A DNA stretch of 64,000 nt. Origin: an uncultured Gaiellaceae bacterium (GTDB lineage: Bacteria > Actinomycetota > Thermoleophilia > Gaiellales > Gaiellaceae). The stretch covers positions 6,349 through 70,348 of the forward strand of contig CAWGJJ010000001.1 of the NCBI GenBank assembly GCA_963822885.1, in the 5' to 3' direction. The translations under genes were made by a program, and so were the position numbers. Below, piece after piece: positions 62,735-64,000 of the stretch (within the stretch, counting starts at the first letter, position 1; the number at the start of each line of letters is the position of its first letter). The notes beneath the pieces are model-generated. The model did not search any database, had not been told where the DNA came from, and saw only the letters and a list, made by a program, of their open reading frames with translations.

Positions 62735-63483
62735 CGCGGGAGCATCCCGAGCGAGGCGAGCTCGTCGATCGGCTCGAAGAAGCTGCAGCTCCCGATCGAA
62801 TGGAGCACGTCACGCCGCATGCCCGCGAGCTCCTCGGGGGAAGCCGAACGCTCTCTCCAGACGAACGAGCCGTTGTCGAGGGCGAACGCCGACGGATCGT
62901 CCTCCGCAAGGGCACCCTCCTCAGCACCGGCGAACGTCGCCGCCGCAAGCAGGTTGAGGAAGCCGTGCTCCCCGTTCGAGCGCACCGCGTGATGGAGCCC
63001 CGCCGTGGCCTTGAAGACGAGACCGCGCACGCGGCAGGCACGGACGAAGCCGGCCAGCGCGTCGACGCTGGGCACGGAAGCGCCCCCGCACCTGACCTTC
63101 GCACGGAGACGGTGCTCGGCGAGGCGGTCGAGCCGATTTTCGAGGCCACCGTCAAGTGGCGTCTCGACGTACACCTCACCCCCGGGAAGGGCGGCATCGC
63201 CGGCGGCCGGATCGACGAGAGGCGGGGTCTCGACCGCTTCGACACGGGTGCCGGGCGGAATCGGCGCGTCGAGAACAGCGCTGATCGCCCGATCGGACGG
63301 CGGAAGCTCCCCGAGCCGCGACGCCGGCCACACGAGTCGCGCGAGCATGAACGCATGCTGGCTGGCAGCAGCCCGCGCGTCCTCGACGAGCGCCTCGGAC
63401 GGCCCCAGCGACGCAGGCGGAAACATCGGGGCGTGATCGATCAGGCGTCCGAGCAGCGCGTGGCGAGCGTCGGTGTCAGTCAT
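62731..63483 (-). CDS. Hypothetical protein (250 aa) translationally coupled to fumarylacetoacetase
   Basis: ATGA overlap with fahA and an intact ORF of protein-like composition (…KVRCGGASVPSVDALAGFVRACRVRGLVFKATAGLHHAVR…). I recognise no family. Confidence 0.5.
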   Translation of the reverse strand: MTDTDARHALLGRLIDHAPMFPPASLGPSEALVEDARAAASQHAFMLARLVWPASRLGELPPSDRAISAVLDAPIPPGTRVEAVETPPLVDPAAGDAALPGGEVYVETPLDGGLENRLDRLAEHRLRAKVRCGGASVPSVDALAGFVRACRVRGLVFKATAGLHHAVRSNGEHGFLNLLAAATFAGAEEGALAEDDPSAFALDNGSFVWRERSASPEELAGMRRDVLHSIGSCSFFEPIDELASLGMLPR

Positions 63484-63551
63484 TGGCCGCCGATCTTCGC
63501 AGAGGCGCTCTCAAGCCCGTTCCGCGAGCGTCCGATGAACTTCAAGGCGGC

Positions 63552-64000
63552 ATGCCCGATCCTGCCCCCATCGAGCCGACGTCTCGGCCTCACATCAGCC
63601 TGGTCACGGGCGGCTCCGCCGAGCCGTACCGCCGGCTCGCCGAGATCTTCCACGAGGTGCTCTCCGAGCAGAGTCTCGACGCGCTCCTCGATCGGATCGC
63701 GGACGCCCTCGCCGAGCTCGTCCCCTACGAGGACGTCCACATCTACGAGGCCGACGAGACGAAACGCGAGCTCCACGCCGTGCTCGCCCGGGGCGAGTGG
63801 GCCGACGAGGTGCTGAGCGAGACGTTCTCGTTCGGTGAGGGCATCACGGGCTGGGCCGTCGACCATCGCGAGGCCGTGCTCGCGAACCGTGCCCATCTCG
63901 ATCCGCGCGTGCGCTTCGTTCCCGGTACCCCCATCGAACCGGAGGCGCTCATCGCGGTGCCGCTCATCGCACGCGGACGACTGCAGGGCACGCTCAACAT
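63552..64000 (+). CDS. GAF-domain protein; 3' end lies outside the window
   Basis: ATG 63552, frame open to the window end. LDALLDRIADALAELVPYEDVHIYEAD...FGEGITGWAVDHREAVLANRAHLDPR...LIAVPLIARGRLQGTLN is GAF-like. It is not in the ORF track because no stop codon is reached. Confidence 0.65.
   Translation, partial: MPDPAPIEPTSRPHISLVTGGSAEPYRRLAEIFHEVLSEQSLDALLDRIADALAELVPYEDVHIYEADETKRELHAVLARGEWADEVLSETFSFGEGITGWAVDHREAVLANRAHLDPRVRFVPGTPIEPEALIAVPLIARGRLQGTLN

Noticed and set aside
1-64000. CRISPR arrays, rRNA operons, insertion sequences, and toxin-antitoxin or restriction-modification systems.
   Set aside because: I saw no periodic repeat-spacer structure, no rRNA-like conserved stretches, and no transposase, integrase, methylase or nuclease signatures on either strand.

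Overview
This is a high-GC (about 70%) chromosomal segment with actinobacterial-style gene content: PAC2, SigR/RsrA-type ECF pair, DtxR-family regulator, CtaA, many GTG starts and 4-nt stop/start overlaps. The exact taxon cannot be determined from the sequence alone. I can support about 70 protein-coding genes and one tRNA-Arg(CCT). I found no rRNA, CRISPR array, transposase or integrase.

Content is mostly core metabolism and stress functions:
- Fatty-acid and acyl-CoA genes: FadB-like, two AMP-forming ligases including Acs, HMG-CoA lyase.
- Central and cofactor metabolism: aconitase, NadE, SelD, CtaA.
- A translationally coupled operon of M32 carboxypeptidase, a CoxS/M/L-type molybdenum hydroxylase and an amidohydrolase.
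- A SigR/RsrA redox module, Hsp20, HtrA and a BolA/Grx pair.
- A multicopper-oxidase/ZIP pair divergent from a DtxR-family regulator.
- An ABC-2 exporter, a PGM1-type ATP-grasp ligase and fumarylacetoacetase.

Observations most worth a second look:
1. An XRE-HTH/TPR regulator is followed 17 nt later by an AGGAGG-led 32-codon signal-like peptide gene. This resembles an RRNPP (PlcR/PapR, AimR/AimP) receptor-propeptide cassette.
2. An orphan promoter-to-terminator unit of about 175 nt is a candidate sRNA or leader. It is followed by a perfect 30-nt palindrome.
3. Two families of exact or near-exact short repeats lie in convergent intergenic gaps.
4. A 292-codon ORF is fused in frame to aconitase with no stop codon between them.
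5. About 17 genes are disrupted by roughly 35 frameshifts. The shifts are strongly clustered and mostly behave as +1 single-base insertions, while long neighbouring genes are intact. This is either consensus error or patchy gene decay.

All functional calls come from motif recognition by eye, with no database search. Frameshift positions are approximate.
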